Of a stretch of DNA of 31,283 nt, positions 8,799-17,923 are shown in pieces (the first letter of the stretch is position 1; each line of letters begins with the position of its first letter). The notes beneath the pieces were generated by a model. That model made no database searches. It saw nothing but the letters and a program-made list of their open reading frames with translations, and was not told the origin of the DNA. The stretch spans positions 1 through 31,283 of IMG/VR virus record IMGVR_UViG_3300017912_000319, one strand, 5' to 3'. A program made the translations under genes and the position numbers. Source of the stretch: a virus (taxonomy: Duplodnaviria; Caudoviricetes).

Positions 8799-9776
8799 TT
8801 AAGCTACGCAGGCTTCGAAGAAGTAACCCATTTCAGAGCCGATGAGCTTCATGTCATCAGACGACTTGACTTGGATCATTTCAGCAATCTGCTGGCGCTT
8901 CAGTGCGTCGTCCGAGAAGGACTCAACAGTGATGCCCATTCCGCTAACACCGGGGATCGAGTCCCAGCAGAAGATAGCACCAGCACCGGGGGTACGCAGA
9001 CCCATAGTAGAAGGCGTATACGTCAGCAGGGCATTCTTGCCACCAATGAAACCAAAGGAATCGGTAACACCTTCAGCAGCAGTGTTGCGGACAGCTTCCA
9101 TCACGTAGAAGTTCTCTACTTCGAAGATTTCAGCCAGTTTCGCGTCAGTGATCAACGCAGGGTTAGAGACAGTCGAGCCACCGTTCAGGCGAGCCAGAAT
9201 GTCTGGGTGGTTGATCAGAACATCGCGGACTTCCTTACCAACAACCATCGTGTTCGGCTTATAGCCACCAGAAGCCAGCTGCATGGTGCGACGACCGGTG
9301 GTTACGTCAACGATAGGTGTAGAGTTCGTGTAGTCAGACCACAGGTTGCCCGGAGTGATGTCAGTTCCCCAGATACCAGCGGCAAAGAAAGCCTCAGCCC
9401 AACGAACTTCACGGTCGATCAGGATTTTCTCCATCAGGACGTTTGCACCCTGCGAACGAAGCTCAAGCGCGGTATCTTCGTTAGCAAGAGTCTGCTCGTC
9501 GAAGTCCATGCCGAGGCCACGAACATCAGCAAAATAGCTATCGGTGGACAAAGCCATTCCGACGCGATTAACTTCCGTGCGAGGGGCAAGTACCGTCACG
9601 TCTCCATCACGGAGACCTTCACGGCTGTATTTATAGTATTTGTCCGACTGCTTGCTAACAGAAACCATAGGGAATACTTTGTCAGCAACAAAGTTTTCTG
9701 CGGACTGCATGTAAGCAATAGTCAAGTTTGTGAGAGGTACATCAACGTGCACGTCAGAGGGGGTAAGCATTGGCAT
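8799..9776 (-). CDS. major capsid protein
   Basis: 325 aa; HVDVPLTNLTIAY, FVADKVFP.V.V.KQS and KPNTMVVG; strong AAGGAG SD. Confidence 0.9.
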   Translation of the reverse strand: MPMLTPSDVHVDVPLTNLTIAYMQSAENFVADKVFPMVSVSKQSDKYYKYSREGLRDGDVTVLAPRTEVNRVGMALSTDSYFADVRGLGMDFDEQTLANEDTALELRSQGANVLMEKILIDREVRWAEAFFAAGIWGTDITPGNLWSDYTNSTPIVDVTTGRRTMQLASGGYKPNTMVVGKEVRDVLINHPDILARLNGGSTVSNPALITDAKLAEIFEVENFYVMEAVRNTAAEGVTDSFGFIGGKNALLTYTPSTMGLRTPGAGAIFCWDSIPGVSGMGITVESFSDDALKRQQIAEMIQVKSSDDMKLIGSEMGYFFEACVA

Positions 9777-9800
9777 TTTATGTTCTCCTTAAACGTGCCA

Positions 9801-10175
9801 TTAGGCGACGATGTTGCCACCTTGGATGAGTTCCATAGCGATAATCTGACCGTCAACACCAGCTTCAAGGGCATAGCCCATTACGTAGTCGCCGGAAGCA
9901 GCAGTGATAGCTTCGCCAGTTGCGTTGGTCTGAAGAGCAGCACCAGCAGCAACAGTGCCACCAGCCTCAACAAGACAACGACCAGAGATAGCGACCGTAG
10001 CGGCTTTGTCAGCAGCGTCAGGCTTGTTCAGGAGAATGCCATAGCAGTTTTCTCCTGCCGAGTCAGCAAGGTCAACTTTGCCGTCGGATTCTAGGGTTAC
10101 GAAATGGAACTGTGCAGCCGAAAGGTCTTCGCCAGCTTCCATAGAGCGCGTATCGCGGGTTTGCATAACAGCCAT
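9801..10175 (-). CDS. capsid decoration / cement protein
   Basis: 124 aa Ala/Gly-rich (GYALEAG..GQII) between scaffold and capsid genes. Confidence 0.75.
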   Translation of the reverse strand: MAVMQTRDTRSMEAGEDLSAAQFHFVTLESDGKVDLADSAGENCYGILLNKPDAADKAATVAISGRCLVEAGGTVAAGAALQTNATGEAITAASGDYVMGYALEAGVDGQIIAMELIQGGNIVA

Positions 10176-10178
10176 GAG

Positions 10179-11000
10179 TTATTCTCCTTTGTAGGCTTTA
10201 GCGATTAACGACTTGCCTTCTTCAGTCTTAGCTACGGAAGCATAAGCTTTGGCATAGTCCTTCTTGGTAAGACCGTTTTCATCCATGTACGACTTAACCA
10301 GTTCTTCAATTTTGTCGGAAGCAGAAGCAAAACCGCCATCTACGTCAGACTTGCCGAGTTCGTTCATTTTGTCTGCAAGAGCCGTATCAACAGCTTTTAG
10401 AGCTTCTAGAAGCATGTCTTTCTCTTCAGACTTTTCCACTGCCTTAATAAGACCTTTAGCAGCCTCAGTTGAGAAGTGGGGCAGAGATTCTTCAGCTTTT
10501 TTGGTAAGCTCAATATCTGCCTTTTCGATTTCAGCAGCTTCGAGGGCTTTCAAGATCGGCGTAGGAATGTCAGCCTTGTTGATCTTCTCACCTTCGTACT
10601 CCACAAATTCTACAGGCGCTTTCTTTGAAATGCCTTCCGTAGAGATGACGTAGCCTTCTTCTATGATGCCTTTGCGAAGCTTTTCATTTTCTGCTTTAAG
10701 TTTAGCAATTTCACCTTCAAGGTCTTTAGCGACTTCTTTAGCTTTATCCTCACCTTTTTCAGGGTCTTCAGCCTCCACTTTATCCATCTCATAACCAAGG
10801 GCCTTCATCGCTTCACGATAACCGCAGTTATTTTTTTCCATGTAAGCTTTTACTTTAGCTTCCATCTCTTCAGTCATTTTATCTAGTTCCTCTTCTTTGG
10901 GGACGTCCCGTTTGAAAAGAGTGACCATAGCTTCTGCATTGGCTGGACGATCAACCAATGAAAGCTCTTCTAGTTGAAGTTCCAGCAACTCAGTCGCCAT
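10179..11000 (-). CDS. scaffold protein with an N-terminal protease-like motif
   Basis: Glu/Lys-rich coiled coil; begins with LEELSLVDRPAN; AAGGAG SD. Confidence 0.75.
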   Translation of the reverse strand: MATELLELQLEELSLVDRPANAEAMVTLFKRDVPKEEELDKMTEEMEAKVKAYMEKNNCGYREAMKALGYEMDKVEAEDPEKGEDKAKEVAKDLEGEIAKLKAENEKLRKGIIEEGYVISTEGISKKAPVEFVEYEGEKINKADIPTPILKALEAAEIEKADIELTKKAEESLPHFSTEAAKGLIKAVEKSEEKDMLLEALKAVDTALADKMNELGKSDVDGGFASASDKIEELVKSYMDENGLTKKDYAKAYASVAKTEEGKSLIAKAYKGE

Positions 11001-12168
11001 TGTACTCTCCTTTTACCGCACGACCCCCAATACTGAAGGCTGCGAGTTCACCGCTTTTAACTTTAGACCAGACCTCATCGTCATAGACTTTAAAAGCGAC
11101 CAGCCAACCCTCACGGTCAGCTTCCAAGCCAACGGATTTGTTAATCTCGTCAGTGCAAGGCCACGAGTGGACTACTACACCAATCTGATCTCCGTTGTGC
11201 ATCTGCTTGCCTACACGGACGTGTTCCATGAACTTGTTCACGGCCCTAACGAGCGTGTCTGCTTTGATGATGTCACCCTGACGATCCACAACTGGTTCGC
11301 CATTCTCAGTGACTACTGAAGCCCAGCCATAAACTAGGCGTTGCTCTTCGTCGGATTTTAAAATCTTACCTTCGAGATTCTTTGTCATATCACCAACCGT
11401 AGTTCCTGCTTCCCACATACGACAGGACCAGTATCTTGCACTAGTCTTGTCAGACGCCGTATCGCACGAATGCCGGGAGCGGAAATTGGCGCGAGCTTCG
11501 GGGTCATCTCTTCGGATTTCCATGTTGGGGTCACCAAACGTTACTCGCTTGACTTTATCCCCATCCATAACGAAGACTTCAAACTTCTTGTTTCCACCTT
11601 GAAGACGACGAGGTTTGTTAAGAGTAACCTTTTGGCCTTGATACTCAGCCTTCTGGAACTCTTCCTTAAGGACTTCTTGTACAATGACCCTGAGAGCCTC
11701 TAGGCGGTCCTCTGAGGGCGTGTCTTTATCGTCAGGCTCATAGTGGTGCAGATAGTCCTCATGGCTCTCTCCGGGCATGTACACGGCCTGTCCTTCGTAA
11801 TCATGCACATGTACGTCACCACCTAAACCTAAATCCATACTCCTTGCGCGAGCCTCAGCCTCCGTAGTGAAGATGTCGTTGGCATATTTACCTTTGAGTA
11901 TCTTCTTGGTAGAGGAGGGATGAGAGGAAGGTAATAGGTCTTTGTCATGATTTGCAGGTTTAGACCCAGAGACGATCCGTATGAAGGAATTGACTCTAGC
12001 CATAGCCCACTGCTCAGGAGATTTCACGTTTGGACGAACCGATCCGGGGTTTGTACGGTAGGCACCAACACCTCTGTCGTAGACCGCTTCGAGCATACGC
12101 ATAGTCACTTTATGCTTAGACTTCTTGTTATGCTCTTTCATCTTATTCTGAAGTGCAACTTTAGGCAT
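10990..12168 (-). CDS. multi-domain prohead protease (XkdF-like C-terminal domain)
   Basis: RLVYGWAS, DRQGD, QMH and VKSGELAAFSIGG in the last ~130 aa; extra N-terminal modules. Confidence 0.8.
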   Translation of the reverse strand: MPKVALQNKMKEHNKKSKHKVTMRMLEAVYDRGVGAYRTNPGSVRPNVKSPEQWAMARVNSFIRIVSGSKPANHDKDLLPSSHPSSTKKILKGKYANDIFTTEAEARARSMDLGLGGDVHVHDYEGQAVYMPGESHEDYLHHYEPDDKDTPSEDRLEALRVIVQEVLKEEFQKAEYQGQKVTLNKPRRLQGGNKKFEVFVMDGDKVKRVTFGDPNMEIRRDDPEARANFRSRHSCDTASDKTSARYWSCRMWEAGTTVGDMTKNLEGKILKSDEEQRLVYGWASVVTENGEPVVDRQGDIIKADTLVRAVNKFMEHVRVGKQMHNGDQIGVVVHSWPCTDEINKSVGLEADREGWLVAFKVYDDEVWSKVKSGELAAFSIGGRAVKGEYNGD

Positions 12169-12881
12169 CAGTCATCCAATTCTTCATTTACTAGTACGCC
12201 TTCACCGAAGACGTTCATTTCGTGTGTTCCAGATTTAGTTTTAAGTTGAAACTGTATGTCAGTTTTCTCATCGTACTTAAAAGGCAGTCTACGTTGAATG
12301 TTCATCTGATTCTGAAAAGTGGTTCTAGCTACGTTAAACGTGTGACCAGAACTATTTCTAGTAAAGTTCTTAAACACCCCAGTCTTAGAAGAGGTACTGT
12401 CATTAGAGAAAGCATCAATACGGTATAGGTAGAAACAATGACCAGCGGGTACAGTGTATATACTGGCTTGGTTTCTACCATCCCCAATTCTTATAGCTGC
12501 ATAAACTGTACCACCATTGGAAACTGTAATTAGACCTTGATTACCGTCTGTGTTGAAATAAATAACATCATTAATTCTAAAGAAGGCTTTAGTGGTTGTG
12601 GCTGGTATAGTTATATCTTCAGAGATAATGTTATAGTTTGCATCTAAACCTATAATACGAACAGTGTATCCATTGTCATTTGCAGAATCTGTACTAGCTA
12701 CATCCATTGTTATAGCAGAATTTGGGTAAGTATAAGCTGTAGCGTATTCCCAAGCTGGTATAAAATTCGTAGTTACATTTTCCTGATAACCAAATATGTT
12801 ACGAACTGACAGGTAGTTTGACTCACCTTTGGCTATAGCTAGGGGGTCATGCTCGTACAGGTGTCTTGTCCAAGTAGTCAC
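12168..12881 (-). CDS. hypothetical beta-rich protein, possibly a virion component
   Basis: 237 aa, translationally coupled to portal and protease; AT-rich interior. Confidence 0.7.
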   Translation of the reverse strand: MTTWTRHLYEHDPLAIAKGESNYLSVRNIFGYQENVTTNFIPAWEYATAYTYPNSAITMDVASTDSANDNGYTVRIIGLDANYNIISEDITIPATTTKAFFRINDVIYFNTDGNQGLITVSNGGTVYAAIRIGDGRNQASIYTVPAGHCFYLYRIDAFSNDSTSSKTGVFKNFTRNSSGHTFNVARTTFQNQMNIQRRLPFKYDEKTDIQFQLKTKSGTHEMNVFGEGVLVNEELDD

Positions 12882-14188
12882 TGGATCACCTTCTTAGGTG
12901 GAAGCTCTGCGTTATCCAACAGAGCGTTTACAATATCCTCTTGATCACTAAGATCAATGTTAGCACCGTTGAGGTTGCGTAGGTAGGAACTGAGTTCGCG
13001 GAGGTCGTGAGGTGCGACATCACCAGCAACCAGCTTAGGCATAGTGTTCATGTTGAGGCCGTTAAGCTCATACAGAGGTTCTATGAGGTGTTTGTTGAGG
13101 GTGTCCACAACCTGTGTGATATAGCTTTCCAATGCACGTAGGAATAGGTCCGTCTTGCTCTTGGAGAGGGCATAAGAGCCGTTGGAGCCACCACCAAGCA
13201 TCAGGAACTCCGAGAGTACACTCCTAGCAATGTCATGCTGGTAACGACGGATAATAGGGTCAATTTGAATGTTGCGAGTTCCACTAGAGGACATAAGTTC
13301 AACATCAACCAGACGTTCACTAGTAGGTGCACCATCCTTGTCCGGGTAGGTGTCACTAGGGAGAATAATGTAACCTTGCTCGTTGAACTTGACATCCCGC
13401 AAGATAGACTGCAGTTCGTTACGGAAAGACACCTGACCCGTAGTAGCATCAGGGGACAAATATTCGGCTGGGATGCGAGCAACAGGTATACCGGCCAATT
13501 CGCGTTCAATAGCTACAGCCTCAATAGACTGAAAATTGTTAAGATACTGATAGCTCGTATAGGCATTCCGTAGGATAGACCTGCCAGAAGGATCACCGTT
13601 AATCGTAGTAGTACGATAGTAAAGAGACTTACGGCTGGGGATGTAGTTCTTGCCTGTAGCAAAGCCTGTGCTCTGGTAGATACCCAGAATATCCCCAGTC
13701 TTTTGATCTACGTCAAAACGGTCGATAGTCCAAGGGGAACGACAAGCCAACTTGCGGATACCCATACGACCATCTGTGTACTTGGACTTCTTTTTAGGGT
13801 TCTGATTGGCACCCTCACGGCGCTTGTATACAACTTCAAACCAAGAGAAACCGTAAGATAGGAAACTGAGGGCCTCAGCTATGTGATCGTCCAGAGTGTG
13901 CTCCATATCATCTAGGACACTCTCAACGAACTCCTTCTCTTTAGCAGCGGCTTCACTATCATCGACAGCTTTTACGTTAATGTCTACGTCCCGGAGTATC
14001 TGTTCTACTGCATACATGACAGCGCCGATAGTGCTATCATTGTCACGCATCTCACGATACTTCCTGACAGCATCACGACCTCTGATTTCCCGAAGGAACT
14101 CGTCAGCCCGGAAGTTACCGTTGTGGACATTTTGGCCTGCCACACCTAGAATGTTCATGGATTCTGTTTTTGACAGGCTCTTAGTCAT
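12878..14188 (-). CDS. portal protein (Mu gp29/DUF935-like)
   Basis: 436 aa after terL; LSYGFSWFEVVY, PSGRSILR, IARSVLSEFLMLG..GSYALS. Confidence 0.88.
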   Translation of the reverse strand: MTKSLSKTESMNILGVAGQNVHNGNFRADEFLREIRGRDAVRKYREMRDNDSTIGAVMYAVEQILRDVDINVKAVDDSEAAAKEKEFVESVLDDMEHTLDDHIAEALSFLSYGFSWFEVVYKRREGANQNPKKKSKYTDGRMGIRKLACRSPWTIDRFDVDQKTGDILGIYQSTGFATGKNYIPSRKSLYYRTTTINGDPSGRSILRNAYTSYQYLNNFQSIEAVAIERELAGIPVARIPAEYLSPDATTGQVSFRNELQSILRDVKFNEQGYIILPSDTYPDKDGAPTSERLVDVELMSSSGTRNIQIDPIIRRYQHDIARSVLSEFLMLGGGSNGSYALSKSKTDLFLRALESYITQVVDTLNKHLIEPLYELNGLNMNTMPKLVAGDVAPHDLRELSSYLRNLNGANIDLSDQEDIVNALLDNAELPPKKVIQ

Positions 14189-15558
14189 TAGCTCAGTCCT
14201 TTGTTACTGCTATATACAAGTTTGAGTTGGGGTTTTTGAAAGCCGTTAAGCATTAGATCAGTTAAGGCCCAAACCAGTGCGTCCAGTCTGTCAGGAGAGC
14301 CTATTGAGCCTAGTGGCTCCCATGTACGCATTTGAGTTTCAAGTTCGTTTAGGTTAGCACCGTCCTCTTGGTTCCTGACGTGATATATTAAACCACGCTC
14401 ATACAGGGCAGCTACAGGTTCCGCACGGGCATACTTACCTCTGGAGGCTCTAACCATCCTCAGGGGTACGCTCTCGTCCTCTCCGTGGATCGTATGCTTA
14501 ACCATATCACCACCTTGGTTGACTTCAGCTACAATACGATCAGCTTCATACTGATGATAGAGTTCGATAGCCTTAGCAGCCCAACCTTGAGGGGACAGCC
14601 GGTCAGTATAATCTCCAAGGATATAGCCTTTGCCGTTGACATCAACACCAGCCACAACAATACCAGTCATGTCAGATTCAGCATTAGAAGTAACGGCAGG
14701 GTCAAGTGCCACAACAATACGGGAAAGATCGGGAACCTTGTCTCTGTCCACCTGACAACTGTCGATAGTGTCGGTAGTCCACAGAGCACCTTCGTTTTCT
14801 TCCAAGACCTCAGCATAGAGTTCCTGACGACCAAGCCTAGTGCCTTCATACTGTTCTCTCACAGCATTCAAGTAGGTTCCAGCTAGGTTAGCCTCATTAT
14901 CGAATGTAGAACCGCCAGTTACGTGAACTTTAGGGTCTTTTAATAGTTTTCTTACTAATTTAGTAGATTTTGGTGTAGTTGTAACACAAATGCGCGGGTG
15001 TCTGCCTAAACGAAGGCAAAACTGGAGCATGTCGTATGTATCTTCATCTTTCTTCCATGCTGCCAACTCATCACACCATGCTGCATGAAACTGAGGACCA
15101 CGAAGACGCTCAGGTTCCTCCGCAGAGTAGAACTCTACTACAGCACCGTTATCCCACGACAGAGTACGCTTGGTAGGGGACCACAGGGGATAGCCCATCT
15201 CCTTACCTTTGTGGGTCTTATCGTGCTGAGAGCAACAGTTAAGGAAACCAGACTCACCTTTGACCATAACTCGTTCAATATCCGAGTTTGTCGCTGCTAC
15301 TGCTGCAATCCTCTTGTGGCCCCTCTTGATCTGCTCTCGGACCCACTCAACACCCGCCCTAGTCTTACCAAAGCCTCGCCCTGCGTTGATGAACCAGATA
15401 TTCCAATCTCCATCAGGTTCAAACTGTGCAGGTCTACCCCAGAATGACCAGTCCTTCTCTAGTTCTTCTAGTTCTTTCTTGGTCAGTTGAGATAAAGCTG
15501 CGTCAACCCTACTCTTAGGCAGAGACCTTAGTAAGTCTGCGGTTAGCTTTGATGTCAT
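14188..15558 (-). CDS. terL: terminase large subunit
   Basis: Walker A AGRGFGKTR, Walker B AWCDE, TTTP coupling motif, nuclease VALDPA and PDRLDALVW. Confidence 0.95.
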   Translation of the reverse strand: MTSKLTADLLRSLPKSRVDAALSQLTKKELEELEKDWSFWGRPAQFEPDGDWNIWFINAGRGFGKTRAGVEWVREQIKRGHKRIAAVAATNSDIERVMVKGESGFLNCCSQHDKTHKGKEMGYPLWSPTKRTLSWDNGAVVEFYSAEEPERLRGPQFHAAWCDELAAWKKDEDTYDMLQFCLRLGRHPRICVTTTPKSTKLVRKLLKDPKVHVTGGSTFDNEANLAGTYLNAVREQYEGTRLGRQELYAEVLEENEGALWTTDTIDSCQVDRDKVPDLSRIVVALDPAVTSNAESDMTGIVVAGVDVNGKGYILGDYTDRLSPQGWAAKAIELYHQYEADRIVAEVNQGGDMVKHTIHGEDESVPLRMVRASRGKYARAEPVAALYERGLIYHVRNQEDGANLNELETQMRTWEPLGSIGSPDRLDALVWALTDLMLNGFQKPQLKLVYSSNKGLS

Positions 15559-15573
15559 GTCGGGATTCCTAGT

Positions 15574-15960
15574 TTACTCCTCATCATCATCGTCGGACAA
15601 ACCGAGGAGACCTGTCAGTCGGTTGACTACACCTTCAGTCTCTTCATCCTCAGCACCAACCTCTTGTTCCTGTACGTGAGAACTTGGGGACCAACCAGCA
15701 CGAGAACGTAGGTAAAGCTCTTGGGACTTGAAGTCACCCTCTAGTGCTTGGTCAATAACTGTCTTACCAACCTTAGCATCAAGAGTGAACTTAACTTCAT
15801 CCATATCCTCACGGTACAACTTATAGAAAGTCGTATAGGACTGAGGAGCATTCTTCATATGGAGTACAGACTTGAAGATTTGCTGTACAGAAACACCACC
15901 CGCAATACCTTCACGTACCTTAAGGGCAATGTTAGGATTCTTGGGTAGCTTCTGAGTCAT
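15574..15960 (-). CDS. terminase small subunit (probable)
   Basis: 128 aa directly upstream of terL; HTH-like N-terminus, LYLRSRAGW, acidic tail. Confidence 0.7.
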   Translation of the reverse strand: MTQKLPKNPNIALKVREGIAGGVSVQQIFKSVLHMKNAPQSYTTFYKLYREDMDEVKFTLDAKVGKTVIDQALEGDFKSQELYLRSRAGWSPSSHVQEQEVGAEDEETEGVVNRLTGLLGLSDDDDEE

Positions 15961-16224
15961 TAGGGAGTCCTTTGTTTTTGATTATGTTAGACGGTCGTTA
16001 TTATAAACCGAACAACATAAGTATAGTTACCCCACAACTCATCACCTAATTGTATATGGAAGTGGGGTTCCCTCTCAAGGGAAACTGGGGTATAATATTC
16101 TTAACCGTAAACAATAAGAGAATTGTTCTTAGGTTGAGTTTTTAGTTGGTACTATAGTTATACTGTAGTTTTGATTCTATAATGATTATAAACAAGATGT
16201 ATATAAACCTTAAGGGCAACTTCT

Positions 16225-16283
16225 GTTATACTATAGTTACCCTCTCTCATAAGTATATAGATGGGGATAAAAGCTACGTCAAG
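16225..16283 (-). promoter_or_regulatory. 59-bp promoter element, copy 1, facing the terminase/morphogenesis operon
   Basis: CTTGAC-N17-CTATAT on the minus strand; 57/59 identical to 22067-22125 in inverted orientation. Confidence 0.85.
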
Positions 16284-16814
16284 CAGTTTTTTATTAAGTG
16301 CGTCAATTTGTAGCAACTTTACTGTAGACTGTGACATAAAAAGCACAACTACAGTTACTTTTCTTTTGTTTTTTCTGTGGTGGAGTTTTTAGTACCCGCA
16401 TGTCTGGTGTGCGGTTTGACCCATGTAGGTCCGATGTTTTTCTTTTGTTTTGGATTCTGAGGTACCAACCGGCACCCCCCGCGAATCACCCCCAGAATCC
16501 CTAGGGGCCCCAATGTCAACCCCCTCCCCCGTGATTAATTCGAGAGGTGTGACATATGTGCCGCATGTGTTACTTATGTAACTAGCTTAAGGATTCCAAG
16601 GGTTTACGCTTGACAACGAAAGTTTTTCCTTGCGCTAGGACAGGCGATTCGCACCCATATGTGCAGTGCATACATGTGTCATTCCCCGCCCCTCCCATGC
16701 TCACCCCATGTCCTAACCCAATGCCAACCCCATGATCTACCAATGAAACCCAATAGCCCCATACGGCCCATATGAGAGCCATACAGGGGCAGTGTAAGTT
16801 CCTTAGGTGTGACC

Positions 16815-16949
16815 CTACCTGAAAGCCCAGTGATAGCCGTGGAAGCCCATTCCTACGGTTATCCCGTCTAGCGTGGGGTATACGTACGGGGGCCACGTGT
16901 AGAGCGTTACGGCTACCAGTGTGGCCAGTGTGATTGCTGCTAGTTTCAT
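16815..16949 (-). CDS. small hydrophobic protein, 44 aa (MKLAAITLATLVAVTLYTW...)
   Basis: GAGGAG SD; signal/TM-like N-terminus; shorter than any ORF in the supplied track. Confidence 0.6.
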   Translation of the reverse strand: MKLAAITLATLVAVTLYTWPPYVYPTLDGITVGMGFHGYHWAFR

Positions 16950-16969
16950 CTCAAGACTCCTCATGTGTG

Positions 16970-17659
16970 TCAGTGTAGGCCATAGGATACGTTAGCAACT
17001 TCGGGGTTCCAGCAAGCCCTGCAGTCCCCACAGTTGCCCCCTTGCGTTGGTGCTGGACACTCGTGCCCATGCTGGTGGCTGCCCTTGCGGTGTACTGTGC
17101 TGGTGGTCGGATGAGACGTCACAGGCTTATCACCAACCATTGTGGCAGAGACGCGGATCACCAGATTGGTCGGGACCTTGCCACCTTGCTTTGCATAGGC
17201 TTTGACCGTTGCCGCCTCTCGTGTAGGTAGCCAATGGTTAACGTCTGGTGTCTGTCGTGCCACCTCGCAAATAGCTGAGAGCATCTCAACGCTGTCCAGA
17301 TCACCAGAGTCAAACCAGCGGTGATACCTCTCACCAGACTTGGCGGCCATCCGGTTGATCTGGAACACGCAAGCTGAAACCCACTTGTCAGGGTTGGTGG
17401 CGATCATTGTGGTGGCGGCCAGATAGTTTCCCTGCCACCCCTTGTCTACACTAGGACGCAGCTTCTGTAGTTTACGAGCGTAGCACCGATTGCAGACCGA
17501 ACCCTCTACCTTGGCGAGCTTGCTGCCCACCTTGCAGGCAAAAGCATCGGTTGCGAAGGTAGAACCCGGCATTTTGCTGTTGCGGTCGCTCATCTTTCCG
17601 GCCGCCTCGTGTGCAGCTTTAAGCGTCCATTTGGTTTCGGGTTGCGTATCAAAAGGCAT
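16970..17659 (-). CDS. GP88-like (radical SAM-like) Cys-rich protein
   Basis: SKMPG, C-x13-CxxCYA, RWFDSGD, HWLPTRE and C-terminal CPA..CGDCRACW; AAGGAG SD. Confidence 0.78.
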   Translation of the reverse strand: MPFDTQPETKWTLKAAHEAAGKMSDRNSKMPGSTFATDAFACKVGSKLAKVEGSVCNRCYARKLQKLRPSVDKGWQGNYLAATTMIATNPDKWVSACVFQINRMAAKSGERYHRWFDSGDLDSVEMLSAICEVARQTPDVNHWLPTREAATVKAYAKQGGKVPTNLVIRVSATMVGDKPVTSHPTTSTVHRKGSHQHGHECPAPTQGGNCGDCRACWNPEVANVSYGLH

Positions 17660-17671
17660 TGTTTCGACTCC

Positions 17672-17851
17672 TTACTGGGCTTGCGTGTTGTACACGATAA
17701 CGTCATGGCCATTGGCTCGTGCCTGATCGCAGAGTGCAGATGCCTCGCGGAATGTCAGGTTGCAGGGAATCCCTTCGATTGCCTGAGGTTCTTGGAACGC
17801 CTCATCGAGAGAAGTTACTACCGGGGTTTTGATCAGGGTGTAGGTGTTCAT
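17672..17851 (-). CDS. hypothetical protein, 59 aa (MNTYTLIKTP...)
   Basis: GGAG SD; its TAA overlaps the AAGGAG SD of the next gene; not in the supplied track. Confidence 0.7.
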   Translation of the reverse strand: MNTYTLIKTPVVTSLDEAFQEPQAIEGIPCNLTFREASALCDQARANGHDVIVYNTQAQ

Positions 17852-17889
17852 TGTGTTATTCTCCGATTGGTTGGTTGGTTTGTTGTGGT

Positions 17890-17917
17890 TAGGCAGTTTT
17901 GACGCTTGCCTAGGCGT
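17890..17917 (-). ncRNA. compact H-type pseudoknot candidate
   Basis: ACGC/GCGU and UAGGCA/UGCCUA interleaved, with a CAAAAC loop; related motif at 18209-18230. Confidence 0.5.
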
Positions 17918-17923
17918 TAGGGG

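Noticed and set aside
8871-10094. 407-aa plus-strand ORF and the other antisense ORFs in the track
   Set aside because: They shadow well-supported genes on the opposite strand and have no recognisable motifs
16158-16896. ORFs 16158-16346 and 16582-16896 (minus)
   Set aside because: They run through promoter and low-complexity repeat DNA; the 44-aa ORF at 16815-16949 has a much better SD
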